A stretch of DNA of 61,918 bases, filler included, from Sphacelaria rigidula (GCA_964200075.2; 4 parts of 4 records of this genome joined end to end with filler, not necessarily neighbours in it); one strand, 5' to 3'. Counted from the whole stretch's first letter, positions 37,103-50,604 are shown. Numbers and translations: made by a program. The notes: generated by a model not told the origin, from the sequence alone.

Positions 37103-37535
37103 GATAAACGGCTGATGTTATGGCGTTTGAATGTCAGCGCACAGGCGCTTACCACAACGCGATGAAAGCCAGTGTCTGATATTGGTCGAGACACTCGCCA
37201 ACTTGTCGGTTGACACTGTTGTTTTCCGAGTTTCCGTTTGTTTTCTGTTCTTCACCGCAGACTGAAACATTCGGCGAATCCCGTTGGCCATTGACACTTT
37301 CGTACATGTACAATATGATGGACATGTTCACGGTCGATAGTTTTTTTTTCTTTTTGTTTCACGATATGCAGCAACGTGATACCCGATATTTGCAGCGAAT
37401 ATATATACTAGTATAGTAACACACGTATTGATGGTTCGATAGTTCGATTAAGCTGCAAGTAGTGCGTCTGAAAGGGCCACCTGAATATGTGCTGGAATTT
37501 ATAGATTGGTGTCACGATCTTCATTCATCAATGGT

Positions 37536-37575
<40 letters not shown>
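37536..37575. repeat. (AAC)n microsatellite in the divergent intergenic region
   Basis: Direct reading of the sequence. Confidence 0.95.
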
Positions 37576-37858
37576 TGCTCCCGTGTGCTCCGTCAAATTC
37601 CGTATATTAATAATATAATAATAAGCAACAATTGTTGCTTTCATGTAGAGTTTTTGTTTCTTCTTGTGTTTTGTTCGTATATCGTGTACTATACCCCCTG
37701 TACTCTTTGACCACGGGTTCGAGTGGTCGAGCGAATGTTGTAGAATATTATGGCATACGCGTTGAATTAAATAGGACTAAGCGGCGGCCAGTAGCAGGTC
37801 ATCACTAGCGCACCTCATTCGTTGAAGCGTTCGAGTTCTTGGGGGGAAGTTACCTAGG

Positions 37859-40800
37859 ATGTCGTTATTCGATATCCAACGATTATGTGCATGTTTCTCC
37901 ATGCTGTTGGTCGCGACGGTGTGCCATGGCAAGGTCTGGATCGGTAACGCCAGACTGTCTCCCAAACGGTCGTGGGTGCCGCTTACAAACTTCGCCTATA
38001 ATATCGGCGTTGGCCAGGTATGAGAGCTTATGTCTTCGCTGGATGGAAGGACGCCATGTGGGTACATGGCTTGTTGACGGTGTCTGCCTACTGTGTTCTC
38101 GGGCGCTTGATGCTGCGTGCGGATGGAGCCAGAAACAGCGATCAACCTGCCCAGTACCATATGTTCATGCTTGCCTCTTGCCTCTACAACAGTGTCGATT
38201 TTGTTCCCACCAAAAGTATACGGTGTGGCAGATAGATGCAATGATACATACATTTGCTTCCTGTAAAGCTTCGGGAGCTGTATCCTCAAGGTACCCCAGG
38301 TCTCTGTTCCGTTTGAGCTCCTCTTCCTATATGCGCATGTTGTTTGCCTGCTTACCTGTAGCACGAAGGGGGGGTCCCGTGGCTTAGAAACAGTAGAGCG
38401 TGGTGCCTACCTTTGTGAGAAACTACATTAGGTTACTGCGGCAGATCCGTGGCGGGGCTACACCGACGGTTGTGTCACCCGCACATCTTGGCCGTTGGCA
38501 CGTCCTTCAGCGGTGGCAAGTGTTGTGTTGTATATGCAAGTACTGTCTGTTGTAGCTTGAACACGGCCGACTTTTGCACTCGGGTTCACGACTCGACCCG
38601 ACTGACGAAACTGTCCGGCCGTAATATACGACCTCCGATGCTGTAAAGACTTTTTCTCATGAAAATACGGTCCGACCCAACAGGTACGGCTTGTAGTGGA
38701 GAACAAGAGCTTGATGAACGTGCCGGAGGGTGTTACAATATTGGCAATTTTGGACGAGGACTGGCCATATTTTCTGGAGGAAAAACGCTGTGACGTGAGG
38801 GACAGAGTTAGCCGATGGGAGGCGCCGCTGGTACCATCGACCAGTCTAGCTAAAGACGATCCAGTCTTTTTCACGACTATTAAACAGGTGCCGCAGTAGA
38901 GCAAGTGTATATCCTTGGCAGAATGCGTGTTTTCTTGTGCTGTGGTCGATCGGAGTTTTGGCTGAAGGACTCCTGTAGTAGGGTTGCGTTATGATGTCAG
39001 CTAGGGTAAGTGACGTTCAGATATACAACCCTTAGACAGCGAGCATCGCCTCGGAGCAGTTTCACAGGCTGATAGTCCAGGGACATCCCGGCGTTTCCAG
39101 GGGGCAAGCGGGTGGGAGGCCTGTTCGAGGGACAGTCGGAAAGTTTACAAGTCAACCATGTGTGTTTGGAATTTCCCACGGAATTTGGAAGCCAGGAACC
39201 AGGCCCGAGAGGAGCGGAGTGACCATTCTGACCAATCACGGCTATCAAAATGGTAACTTCATTCCCTACAGATGGATTACAGATGGACTCCTTCGCTGTC
39301 TAGCCGTATTTCTCATTTTGGTTTTGAAGGCACAACTAACGTGCTTTTTACTGTGCTCGTGGTCTATGGTGCCCACCTGGCACCTCATGTGTTGCCAGCA
39401 TATATAGCTTCACACTACGTGTAGTTTGTCGTGGAATACGAAGCAGAGACATTAGCAGCATGCAGTAGACTATGCCCAATGGAAAGCTATGGCACGCAGG
39501 CTGTTTCTTACCGTTGTATGCAGTGAAAACATGCAGCACGCATACTGACCGCGCGCAATAGCGTAAACAGCGCGCATTAGCATAGCTGGATACAACGGCA
39601 AGAAACAGGCAGCGTGCCATGGCTCTCTACGCGTCAGTCTACTGCACGCTGCTGGTGTCTGCGCTTAGTGTTCCACAACAACCCTACAGGCGGTGTGAAG
39701 CTATGCTCGCAACACTAGAGGGGTCAGGCGGCAAAGCATACGAGCAAAATAAAAAGCACGTTGTTCCTGCCCTTGTTATTTATCTATGGTTACATGATGA
39801 CGAAAAGTGTGAACTCCTGCCTGACTGCGAGGTAGTCCATCTGTAGTTTATCTGTCGTGTGACGAACTAAATATTCTGATCACTCACAGCTCTCAAATGG
39901 TCTCTCTCCTCCTCTCAGGCCTCCTTCCTGTCTTGAAATTTCGTGGCGGAAGCTTCCGAACATATGGTGAAGTTTGTGACCTTATCGGCTGTTCAGCGAG
40001 CAGTCATTCACCCCCCTGAAAAAACCCGGATGTCCCTGGACTGTCGGACGGCAAAACTATTCCGAGGCGACGCTCGCGATCAAAGGGTTAAACTCTCTAA
40101 TATTCATGAGCCAGTAGGCCGCTTCCTGCCGTTCGTCCGCAAGGAGTTCCGAATCGTTCTTCTGGCGGAAGAGGCAACACCTCCATGTAAAGCTGGGGTC
40201 CGGCCGCCTAGGCCGCTGCCACGCATATAGCCTGTGCCCTCTCCTGGTGATGTTTGCACACCACCAGTAGCTGCTCTGCGATCGCGTATACATCTCCGTT
40301 GTTGTAGGCATCAACGGCAACGCCATCAGGATGCGAAGGCGTACAGGACGCAGCCATCCGGCTCGCTATCAGCGTTGCATAACACAAGCTAGACAGCAAC
40401 AAAACCCCACCTCGGCTAGTCACCCATGCCACTGATTGAAAAATGAAATACGCGAAATCATTTTGGCGCCGGGACGTACTGCTAAGTCTGCCTCGTCTAG
40501 AATACCACCTTCCTTCACGGGACTGTCATAACACGCGGAAGGCCGCGGGTACTAAAAGGGTCAACACAACGTTGCATTCCTCTTGTTGCAGAATTCAAAA
40601 TTCTTTTGTCGCCAAAGTGCGCCCTATTGGTTGGTGGCGGGGCGCGTTCCAGTGGTGCCACATGATTTCGTGCCTTTGAAGGCATCCGTGTGCGCGATGA
40701 GGCTGTGCATCACCAAGGATGGGCATCGTAAAGGCCCGAAAAAACCGTGCCCGTGGACATATTAGACAAATCTAGGTTTACTTACCCGCGGTCATTTTCT

Positions 40801-43800
40801 GCAGTATCGGTACCCTTACGAAAATAGGCTTATTCCACTCCATGCGAGAGCCAAGTCAATCCAACACAACAGAAAACGACGAACCTTTGAAGTTCACCCA
40901 AACAACCGAATGATGAGAATATATCCGCTTTATTCTTCAAATTTTGAGTGCTTTCATCTTTCTCATGCTACTTTGGTTCCGTATTTGCGCCGCTGCAGTA
41001 TGTCCGGCCGCATGTGTGGTATCTGGTGGCATCTTATTGTCCCGGCGGCGACAGGCCTGCTCCACGCATGAGAATAGAGGTGAGCCAGTGAGTGGGGTTG
41101 TCCTTTTGTGTTATCACGTGAGCTCTTTTGTTCAGCCCCGCGGTCTAAATATGGAAGGTTCCCGGCCAATCACGCACGAGGAACACACTTTTTGTTGTAG
41201 TATCTCGGGACAAACAGCACGCAGATCATGAGAGATGATGCGATGTGAACTGCAATACATCAGGAGGGACGACTAATCCTCGCTCCACACGATGCATTCG
41301 TACGACAGCAAAGCCCCCGGCGTCGTTGTCGTCAAATAGTCTTATCTTAATCATACATCGTGGTACTTGGGTCGTGTGTTCAAACACGGCGACTTGATCT
41401 TTCGAAGTATCTGCACCTGACTGGCCCGATATTTTTTGTGCCAACTGTTCTTTAGTTGTGAAAGATGCACGTCCTCCCGATCCGCCCTTGCCCTGTCCCA
41501 CCTGCCGTGGCAGATCTACCGGCAAAAGTAGTTGTGAAGTTCGCTCATGTCTTTACGCTCCTTGTCTCCCCCTTGTCATCGCCGCATGTATGCTGTTGAT
41601 GTGATTGCAAGCTCACAGCAACATTCGTCCAGGAAGGCGGGTCCCACGTGTCATACGAGGACCAGCTGACGACAAGGATGATTCCCATCATGTTCATGGC
41701 ATTCACCGCTGCTGCAGGGGTGATCGCGAACCTGGTCATGAAGCGCCGACGAGAAGGTGGACGTGTGCACCCTACTCTTTGGTTCATGTTGACGGCGCTC
41801 GGCATGCACTGGGTCTTCCTGGCCGTGCACACGCTTCACCTACGGGCTTACGCGGGTACGCTGTTCGTTGGTTTGGTGAACTTCTACACTCCCTTGTTCT
41901 CTGTTCAAGGAGCGGACCTTGCCGAAGCCCGGCGAGTTTTGCATAGTGGTGTGTACGACACCATTTGCTTTCGTTACGTCCATCCTCTATCGTTGCACAG
42001 GCAGACTTGATTCTCTTTTACGAACAGGCATGCGCACGTTTGTTGATGTGAGAATCCATCCGGGGATGATGCTTTTGAACGCCCTAATTCACAGGAAATG
42101 GAAGAGGCTACCATATTCTTGATGTCATGGGAGAGGTTTTTCACTGGGGGGGGCAGCTTGTGGTCTCCTACGTGCTGGTCGGGCTGGCTTACGGGTGGAC
42201 GCTGTCATCGGCGGCGGTGCAAAAGATTGTGCCTGATGACAAGGTACGAGGTACCAGTACGCGAGCTGGTTGGTATTGTCATCCTCCCGGACTTGGATGT
42301 CGCATTCGCTCGTACGCAGCAGTTTTGAAGAGACTCGCGCTGAACAGTCGAAGCGCGGGTTAGTATGTAGCTACAGCATTGTCATGCGTCGTGGTCACAG
42401 ACGTAAGCTCGTCTTTCCAGTACTGCCAGGTGATGCTGCTACTAGTTTACCGCTGAATACTCACTAGATGACCCTTCAAAGGAGAAAAGCCGCGTACTGT
42501 TGCGTACAACCGATACGGCTGTGGTGTTCGTCGCGGTGAGGAGCCGAGGACGGTGTTGCTTTAGCTTTCACGTCGTCAGTAGCATGAACCCTCGCAGTTT
42601 TGCACGCGATGCCTGTTCACGCAGACCCAGTGTGCACCACGCGCTTGTACATGTGCTTTAGTGCCACGATATCGATATGTTTCTGCTGCTTGTTTGCGAG
42701 ATGGTAGCGTGTTTATTGGGCGCCCACGCTGCTGTTCTGTCGCTGTCTGACACCGATTCGCCGTCCTTCGTTCGTCTTTCTCGTCCCGGTGATAATCCGC
42801 CGCGACTGCTGCAGTCGATCGTATACCTCATGGCGGGGTGCTTGGGGTTCGTGCATCTGATGTTCGTCATCTTGGGCAGGTGCGTCCGTAGCCGACATGA
42901 GCGCTCCATGTATGCTCCCGTTTTTATTGATGATGGTGCTGGATAGTCTGTCACCCGTTGTTTTTTATTTTCATGCATTGTAACGGCGGTGACTTAGCCC
43001 TCTCGACCACCCGGGGGTGCGGGCGTACTCATTTGTTGCTTGTCTCAGTCGACTCATCGTTGACCACGCATCCCTATGGAGACGGAGCACCGTTATTACT
43101 CCTTAATATAGGCACCTCCATCATTTGTGAGCTCATGACGTTTTTTCGACACATTGCACAAGAACCTTTTATATATTCTATAGCCGTCCTTTTTCGCCGT
43201 TGGTGTCACCATGACGGCCCGGGGGGGGGAGGGGGATCTATACTCATTTGTTGATTGCCTCCGTCGTTTCATCATTGATCACGCATCCCTTTCGAGACGA
43301 GGCATGTCAGCACGGGGTGGGTGGGTCAACCTATTGAGAGCATTAATTTCATTTGAAAAATGAATGGAATGCTCAGATGACCAACCGTTGTGGTTGCAGA
43401 GTTGAAATTTTTCAAGAACAGGAGATGAATCACACGGTGAGTATTTGTTCCGGATGTGTGGTGTCTGTAAAGTTCCCTCATATCTTTTCACAAGTCTGTA
43501 CACCTGATTGTGCTAGGATAGTTGTTACGAACCTTCTGAAAAGCAGTCAGCCCCTGTGCAGTATTGACGTGCCTCGATCCAGTTACCGCTTTGTGTCCAT
43601 TACGTATACCCAGCAACCCCCGCTTGGTCCTTGCACCTTGTCCCCCAAAGGAAGAATATATGACATAACGAACGTCGCTCTTCACCTCTCCCTCTCCCCC
43701 CACCGCAAGTGTCGTTCTCGAGCAAATCATGACCGAATAGACTGGTTTCCACGCGCAGACCTTCCCACTGCCATCCCTTTTTTCCGTTTTTTTTTCGCTC

Positions 43801-45454
43801 TGTTGCTGGGCTGGCGTGCGCAGATTAAACGACGACCATCACGCCAAAACACATTCTCTGGACTCGATACCAGTATACTTTTTGGTTCTCATTCGCCTGG
43901 TTTTGTTGGGCATTTTCCTTGTGGGTGCCATCAAGACCTTCGAGGCTGAGCACAGTCCCGTGAGGAGGAATTTTATCGCGCGTTTGTTGGCTTTGGGCAC
44001 CCTGTGGTTCGCGGCGATGCCGGTGCTGGTCCTGGTGGCTATGATATGCGCGGACTACGTCCAAGAGCCGGTGAGATATGAGTTGTCTCGTACAAGCTAC
44101 AGTAGACTCTTTTGGTCAATGGAGAATTGCCGTTTTTATGTTCCGTATCTCGCCTGGTCCTTTCGTTTTTTCCATTTTGTCGATTTTTTTCCCGTCGTCC
44201 ATCGAAAGGCTAGGTTGGTGTATGCGTGTGCGTGGCATTGCGTTGAAGTGAAGCTCCCATATTTGGGGGTGTTCAAGCGGCAGGAAGGACTCCCCAGACT
44301 ATATTGGATAGGGTAGATTTGAATAAGGGTGCTTTCGGTGATCGATACACCAGGTACTCGAGAACATTCGGGTATTTCGTAACGTCGATGCTCTAGGTAA
44401 CAAAGGGTAATGAGTGATTTTGAGTATTATTATAGCGGGTACCACTGTTTGGGGGGATGCGTACTCCAGGTGCACTCACTTTGAAGACGTGAGCTCTCCG
44501 GTTACTTCACGTTAGAATTCCTGCCTACCTGAAAAGGCGGTTCCCCAGATAAGTGACCGTATCCTGCTTCCACGGCATTGTCATTGTTTTTTTTGGGGCC
44601 TCTTCCCCTGAATCCCTGACGGGGACATCTCGGGGTTATTCTTCGGGATCGGCACTGCTAGTAAATCTTGACGGAGTATTTTCCCGTTCTGCTGAATTTT
44701 GTTTTCCTTTGTCATTTACTGTGTATCTGTATTCTTTTCTATTGAGCTTCTCCTTTCTTTCTCTCCACATTAGCTCTTTTGTCAAGTTCCCTTTCGTTCG
44801 CTTGACGTACCATTCTCTTGTCACCAAGGCTGGATTTGGAGTGGATCGATGAAATGTTCAAAATTTCGACCATCAATTCGTTCAACGAAGTAGTCAATCG
44901 AAAATCTAGTACTCGTTTCTTGTGATGCTTGCGTTTACGTGCATGTATAGCAGTGAAGTAGACGCTGGAAATACAGGGTACTGGGAGTACTCGTCCTTAC
45001 CCCAAGCACCCTTGAAAATAACAAGTGCGCGCGTGAATGCGTGTGTGTGTTTGATGTTGATCAATCCAGTTGGCGCCAACTGGTTCTATGCACCAAGCAG
45101 GGCGGGGGCTCGTCTCTTAGAGCTTGTAGTTGGTCGTTCCTTTACCTTCTCGCTACATCGAACATGTTCTCGTATTAGAGGCCACTGGTCCACGATCCGC
45201 ACTCCGACGTTTTCCTCCTCCTGTCAAGGTTTGATGACCGCGGCACTCACCCCCGCCCTCTCTAAAATACCCCCGTTGCCGTGAACGCGATCGTTTCTCG
45301 TGCTTCCGTCCTTCAGGTGGTGTCGGTTGGAGGGCTGCTCATACAGTCGCTGGGGCTGTCGGTGCTGTCCTGGTTATTCCTGACGCGAAACGAGTACTAT
45401 AAGATGTCAAGCCTCGCCCACACAGGCATGCTTCCCTACAATCGGCGAGACTAA
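37859..45454 (+). CDS. GPR180/TMEM145-family (GpcrRhopsn4-type) seven-TM membrane protein, 428 aa, 8 exons
   Basis: GT-AG exons 37859-38017, 38684-38887, 40999-41079, 41612-41855, 42095-42243, 42815-42879, 43824-44070, 45317-45454 total 1287 nt in frame. Signal peptide MSLFDIQRLCACFSMLLVATVCHG. Family-like motifs RPHVWYLVASYC, GSHVSYED, VHPTL, HLRAYAGNGRG, LAYGWTL, LWFAAMPVLV and LFLTRNEYYKMSSL. Confidence 0.9.
39020..39310 (-). repeat. Intronic copy of the 23190-23480 repeat family
   Basis: gcgagcatcgcctcggagcagttt...agtccagggacatcc is the reverse complement of the core at ~23404 and ~40028. Confidence 0.7.
43021..43302 (-). mobile_element. Two tandem decayed LINE 3' fragments in an intron
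   Basis: tactcatttgttg.ttg.ctc.gtc...ttga.cacgcatccct...gagacg occurs at ~43026 and ~43241, each next to a G-rich run. Confidence 0.75.
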
Positions 45455-46415
45455 TGCGCCAGGCGCATTCGCATGAATCCGTGTGCGAGACGAGTCGAGT
45501 GTTGATTTCAGTGAGGGCAATTTTGCATGCTTCGATGAGTCTGGGTACAGCGTTAACCGGAGAAAGCAGCCGTGGGCTGCCGTGGATGAGTTGCGCTGAC
45601 AGGATGCGATGAGTACACGTGTACATGCGCATAGGTGACGATGAGTGGAAGTTGTCGCCCTGCTTTGATGTCAGCTGGTCACCGAGAGAGCCGCCTCGGT
45701 GTTTGCCGGTCTCTCTAAAAAGTGTCGTGAGTTCGTTGGTTCGAGGCCTTCGTATTATAAGTTAGGGCAACGTTTTGATGTTCGACCGGTTGTGTGTGTG
45801 TTTGTGCGCGTTACATTGATGTTTGTTCCGTGGTCAGCTTGTTCTTGTGTGTCTATTGTATATGTGTGATGTTGATGGCTGTTCGGATTTCGTTCGGCGT
45901 TTACTTGTCGCTTGAGCTTGCGTATCGTATCGAGCGCTTATTTAGTTCTTCCGCGATAGTTGCAAGAATAAATCACACACTCTCCCTCTCGTGAAAGTCA
46001 TATTCCAGTTTACACAAGGGGTGGCACATGAAGAAGCACTTTCATGCGCCACACCCATTTTTTTATGATATATATAAGCCGAAATTTGGCGAGCACTGTA
46101 GTGGGGGGACTCCAGACGCTAGTATTTCGGCTGCCAGACGTTTCCAGACCTCTGAAACTGAAGTTGAAGCAAGGATTTTCACAGTTCTCGAGAGACCGGC
46201 ACGGACTGACGGCGAGTCAGAAAGATCGAACTGATGCGAGTGCGGTGACTAGAAACACCAGTGAGTCAGCTGAGTTTTGGAGTTGCCTGGAGACGGCGCC
46301 GCACCCTTCAGGGAAGCGGGGGGGGGGGGGGGGGGGGGGTTGCTCCCCTCAACCTTTTTTTTTGTTTTTGTGTGTTAGGGGGGAGGGGGGGGGTGTGGGG
46401 GAGGAGGGTAGTTGT

Positions 46416-46515
46416 NNNNNNNNNNNNNNNNNNNNNNNNNNNNNNNNNNNNNNNNNNNNTTAATTAATTAANNNNNNNNNNNNNNNNNNNNNNNNNNNNN
46501 NNNNNNNNNNNNNNN
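46416..46515. other. Artificial scaffold linker
   Basis: 44 N + TTAATTAATTAA + 44 N. Confidence 0.98.
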
Positions 46516-46519
46516 ATAC

Positions 46520-46686
46520 GCTTTGGGGGCACAGAAGACGGGCAACCCCCGAAATAGTTTAAAGGAGGTCGGGGGGCATGATGTCGTCCATGTGAAATTC
46601 ATTGATCATGACTTTAGGTCAGGGAAAGCACTGTTTTCGAGTTGAAACTCATTAAAACGTTGAACCTCCATAACGAATCCAGGCTG
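46520..46686. repeat. Dispersed repeat shared with 1-90, 47975-48125 (inverted) and 48690-48810
   Basis: gtcgtccatgtgaaattcattg.tcatg.ctttaggtcagg.aaagcact.ttttcgagttgaaactca...ataacgaatccaggctg. Confidence 0.8.
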
Positions 46687-46805
46687 CTCCGTGTTGCAGC
46701 TACAGCGTGCGTTTGCCCCAGGTGGCGCACGCAGGAGTGAAAGGCCGCCTCCGCCGCAGTAACGGCTGTCTGTATCTTGGGCGCAGCTAAACGGTAACAG
46801 AGCCG

Positions 46806-46880
46806 CGGCTGGTGCGCCCACATATGCCGAAAGGTGCAGACGGGCGTCCAGAATAGATGGGACGACAACACACACAACAC
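46806..46880 (+). mobile_element. 3' tail fragment of the outer SINE family
   Basis: ggctggtgcgcccacatat.ccga.aggtg.agac...cg.ccagaata.atgggac is the reverse complement of ~19842-19902. Confidence 0.7.
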
Positions 46881-47974
46881 TCTGTATGCATTACACTTCC
46901 GACATCGTGTTCGTACTGACTGTAGAAATATTTTGTCCACGGTTGGGTACATTTCCATATATAATGCAGGGTCTGGCATATCTCGACTTATAATGTGACG
47001 GAGGGTATGGTATGTTTCCACCTGTACATGTATGTAATAATGTTACTCGGTGATATCGAGAAAAAGTCCACCACATCTGGGCGCACTGTCGGTAAGGCGC
47101 AATCGCCGGAATATTCACCTGCAAACTCTGCACCAATGCACTGTATATTGACATCGCTAGAAGGGCACTACCATAACCACCTTGGCGGTTGCCAGACTGT
47201 GACAGACTCGCAGGACGTAGGATCCGTTAGCATTGCTACTGTCTGTACGGGGTGTTGCCCCCTTGTCAGGTACGTTTTGGAGCATGATACTAGATGAAGA
47301 TCACCCTTCCTTATACATGGGCACCAAACGCTGGGCTTCTCACTCAAGACTTCGATTTGGAGGTTGATACTGGGTAGGCAGCGGCAACTTCTGGGTGTCC
47401 AGGTGGCCCTTGGAGCAGGATGCGCTTGGTGTCCGTTTGACGAGGTTATCTCCAAAAAAACGAAATCGATGAGGGTTTCAGAATGGAAACATCTAGCGAA
47501 AACATTATCTCAAGAATCCGATCGCAAGAATCAGGACGCAAGAACCCAGACGCAAAAACGGAGTCGCAAAGACCACTTAGACGAATTTTTACCCGCAGCA
47601 GAAACCGACTCCACTTTGTGAAATTGGGACATTATGGGTTCGAAACGTTTGGAAGGTTTCCGAAAAAAGCCGAGAATTGTGATAATACAATCTTGTTAAT
47701 AACGACCGTCGGCGATTGTTGCAAAACAGTGATGATTTGATACACGGACCATTTCCATGCTTCTGCTTCCTTCCTCCCGACTCTCTGAACACGAACTAGT
47801 GGCACGTCCATACTAGTGGTGGCAGGGTTTCACAACGTTGTCCTACGTCAGTCAGTATTTCATCAATTAATGAAAACTGCACAACCCACAACCTTCTGAG
47901 TAATATGGTGATTCTTAATCGTATCCTCTGCACTCTCAATCCCACGAAAACATTATCGAGCAGAGGTTTCTGAT

Positions 47975-48810
47975 AAATGGGGTTGAACACGAACATCAGG
48001 TTCAACTTCAAAACAAAGCTCTTCCTGACCTGAAGTCATGACAAACGGCTTTCGTATGGGCGACCTCATCCCCCCCAACCTCCCTACAACAACTTTGGGA
48101 GGTTTCCCGTCTTCCGTTCCCCCAAAGGGTATATCACACGGGATTTTACAAATCGGGGGTGAATTTTCTATTGAGGATGACAAACCCGGAGAATTCAAAT
48201 TTTCGTACCCGCGGCAAATCTTCGGAATACGGTTCCATCTTAACTTGCTGGTAGTTCTAGACAACTACTACACGTCATACAAATGTGGATATCGATAAGC
48301 GAAATGTTGGGGTTCTAGGTGAAGAATCAATTTTGGGGGAGTTCGGCGGTCTGATCGGATCAACGAAATTCCACGAAAATGGTTCTTAACCTAGGACCCC
48401 AACAGTCGGATATCAGAATCCAAATGTGTATGACGTGTAGTAGTTGTCAAGAGCTACCAGTAGGTGAAGAAATGGAACCATGTGTCGAAGATTTGGTGTG
48501 GAGGCTAAGGTTTAAATTCTCCGGGTGCTCATCCTTCATTGAGCCCTAATCCCTAATTTGTAAAATCCCGTGTTACACTTGCGAAAGCAGACGATTCTGG
48601 ACAAAAAGCGTCCCTTTTCTTCACCCTGACATCGAGACAAAATGTGCTTTCGCACAAACCCTTCGGTAGAACGGAAAGCTGAAAGCTCCCCAAATAAGTT
48701 TAGGGAGGCCGGGGGGGATAGGGTCGTCCATGTGAAAGTCAGTTGTCACGACTGTCAGTCAGAGAAAATCTGTTTTTTTGGAGTTGAACCTCAATCGCAT
48801 GTTCAACACC
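47975..48810. repeat. Degenerate ~830 bp fold-back element centred near 48350
   Basis: ctggtagttctagacaactactacacgtcataca pairs with tgtatgacgtgtagtagttgtcaagagctaccag; cacgggattttacaaat pairs with atttgtaaaatcccgtg. The outer arms belong to the 46520-46686 family. Confidence 0.75.
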
Positions 48811-50604
48811 AATTTCCCGGCATCTTCTGGGTTTTTTTGGGGTGGGTTTTCCACCATCGAGGCATTTGACTCGGCTTTTCACCCCTAAACAGGAAATATA
48901 GCCATCACACACCTTGGACTTAATACATCTCCCCACTGAGACGGATCTAGCTCACTTTCCGAATCGGCTCCGAGGTTCGAGAATGACCGCAGAACAAGAA
49001 ACATGCACAGGTGTTTTCAACACAAACCTACAGATGCCGCATTTTTTTGTCCAACGGTCCCATTGCTTAAAGGACATGCGTCAAACTTCAATCGAGTGCA
49101 TCGGGGAAGTGGGCGAGACTCCTCTCGGTCGGGTGATGCAAGCGCTCAAGGCGTGTGATTGCCATACTCCATGTTCGGGGGCCAAAAACCGCGTCAAATG
49201 TCCTCGAAATGGAAAGAGACACCTCGAGAACAACATCAACCGTAACAACGGTCTCATGTCGAAAGGAATGCTCCGCACTAGATCGAAGAATGTGTTCTGG
49301 TGTAGCTTCAGTCTACCGATTGGCAGAAAATTACAGGGTTTCATATCCTGAGTACAAGGAAGGTCGGACTCACGTGTCCATGACCATCTCCCATCCAAGT
49401 CATGCACAGCCGTCGAATATTTATCCACCAAGTACCTTTCTTTCAGTCGTGAATGCTTGTAGTTCTCGCTGTTGTTTGCATACTATCATCATGTCGAAAT
49501 GTGTGCTGAGGAGTATATTGAAGATCGCGGGCGATTTCCACGTGCAACTGCCGTCAATCGGTAGGGAGCAGACTACAGGGGTTCCAAATTCCCAATACTA
49601 CAAAGGCTGGACGCACGTGTCCCTGACCAAGTCATGTGGATTCGTGGAATATTGATCCGGTAGGTATCCTTCGTTCATTTCATTGCCCTAGTAAAGACCC
49701 GTTGTCATAGAGAAACAACCTCCCAAGTAACAGCCGCCGAGTACGTCATCAACTGCAGAGGCCTTGTGTAATGAAGACGGCGAAAAGCCTCAAATGTTCG
49801 ATATTTACGAGTTCCGCCAGCGGCCTCAAGAGCTGATTCCAGCCCAAACGCTGTAAAGCAATCGCAGTCTCTGGAGCAACCGGGTGCAAACGCCACGTGT
49901 GTTATAACGTGCTGCGGTAGACAAGATAAAACTAAGATTGCCCGAGTTCAACTGATATAGTGTTGTACCACGTGTCGCGTTCCTGATCCAGTTGGCACCA
50001 GCTATTTGTACTCTGTAGGTGTACACAGCAAACACAAACTCCCACAGGGATTGCATTGCTGTCACAGAGAATGATCACTTTTGCTCTTTGTGTACGGAAG
50101 GAGAGTTCAATCACCGGCAGGATACTGTACGGACATCCTTGTAGAACAGACGCCGTGCATGTCCCGTGTGTATGTCACTCGTTCAAACCGAACTGTACTT
50201 TACACTGTCTGCACTCAGTTCGTTACGGAAAGCGAATCAGGATTAATGTACAGCAGTACTCCGCAAAGACAAATCAGAAGTAACCTCGGGTGACGAGCCG
50301 AAATAACCCCTCGCCGTCAACAACTTTGTTCTGAATATAACACCCCGTCGCCCCAACGCCAAGTACAACTACGCATGCCACGCCCTAGCCTCGATTGAAC
50401 AGCAAAAATCAGCTTCGAACATCAGCAGCTGCACGGGAGCAAGTCACCACACCACACGCACAACCGACTGCTTGAAGTACCTCCCAATTTCCGATCAGAA
50501 TAGCTGCCCCCCTTTCCCAATGTCTTGGTTTTGTCGAGTTATGGTAAGAGTTAGCGTGAGGATTGGAATGTATCAATCATGGATAGATTGTAGCCCCACT
50601 GGGG

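Noticed and set aside
44325-45013. Another CAAGGG-type hAT element in the last intron of the GPR180-like gene
   Set aside because: The ends match only over about 11 bp (aagggtgctt) and no 8-bp TSD is visible.
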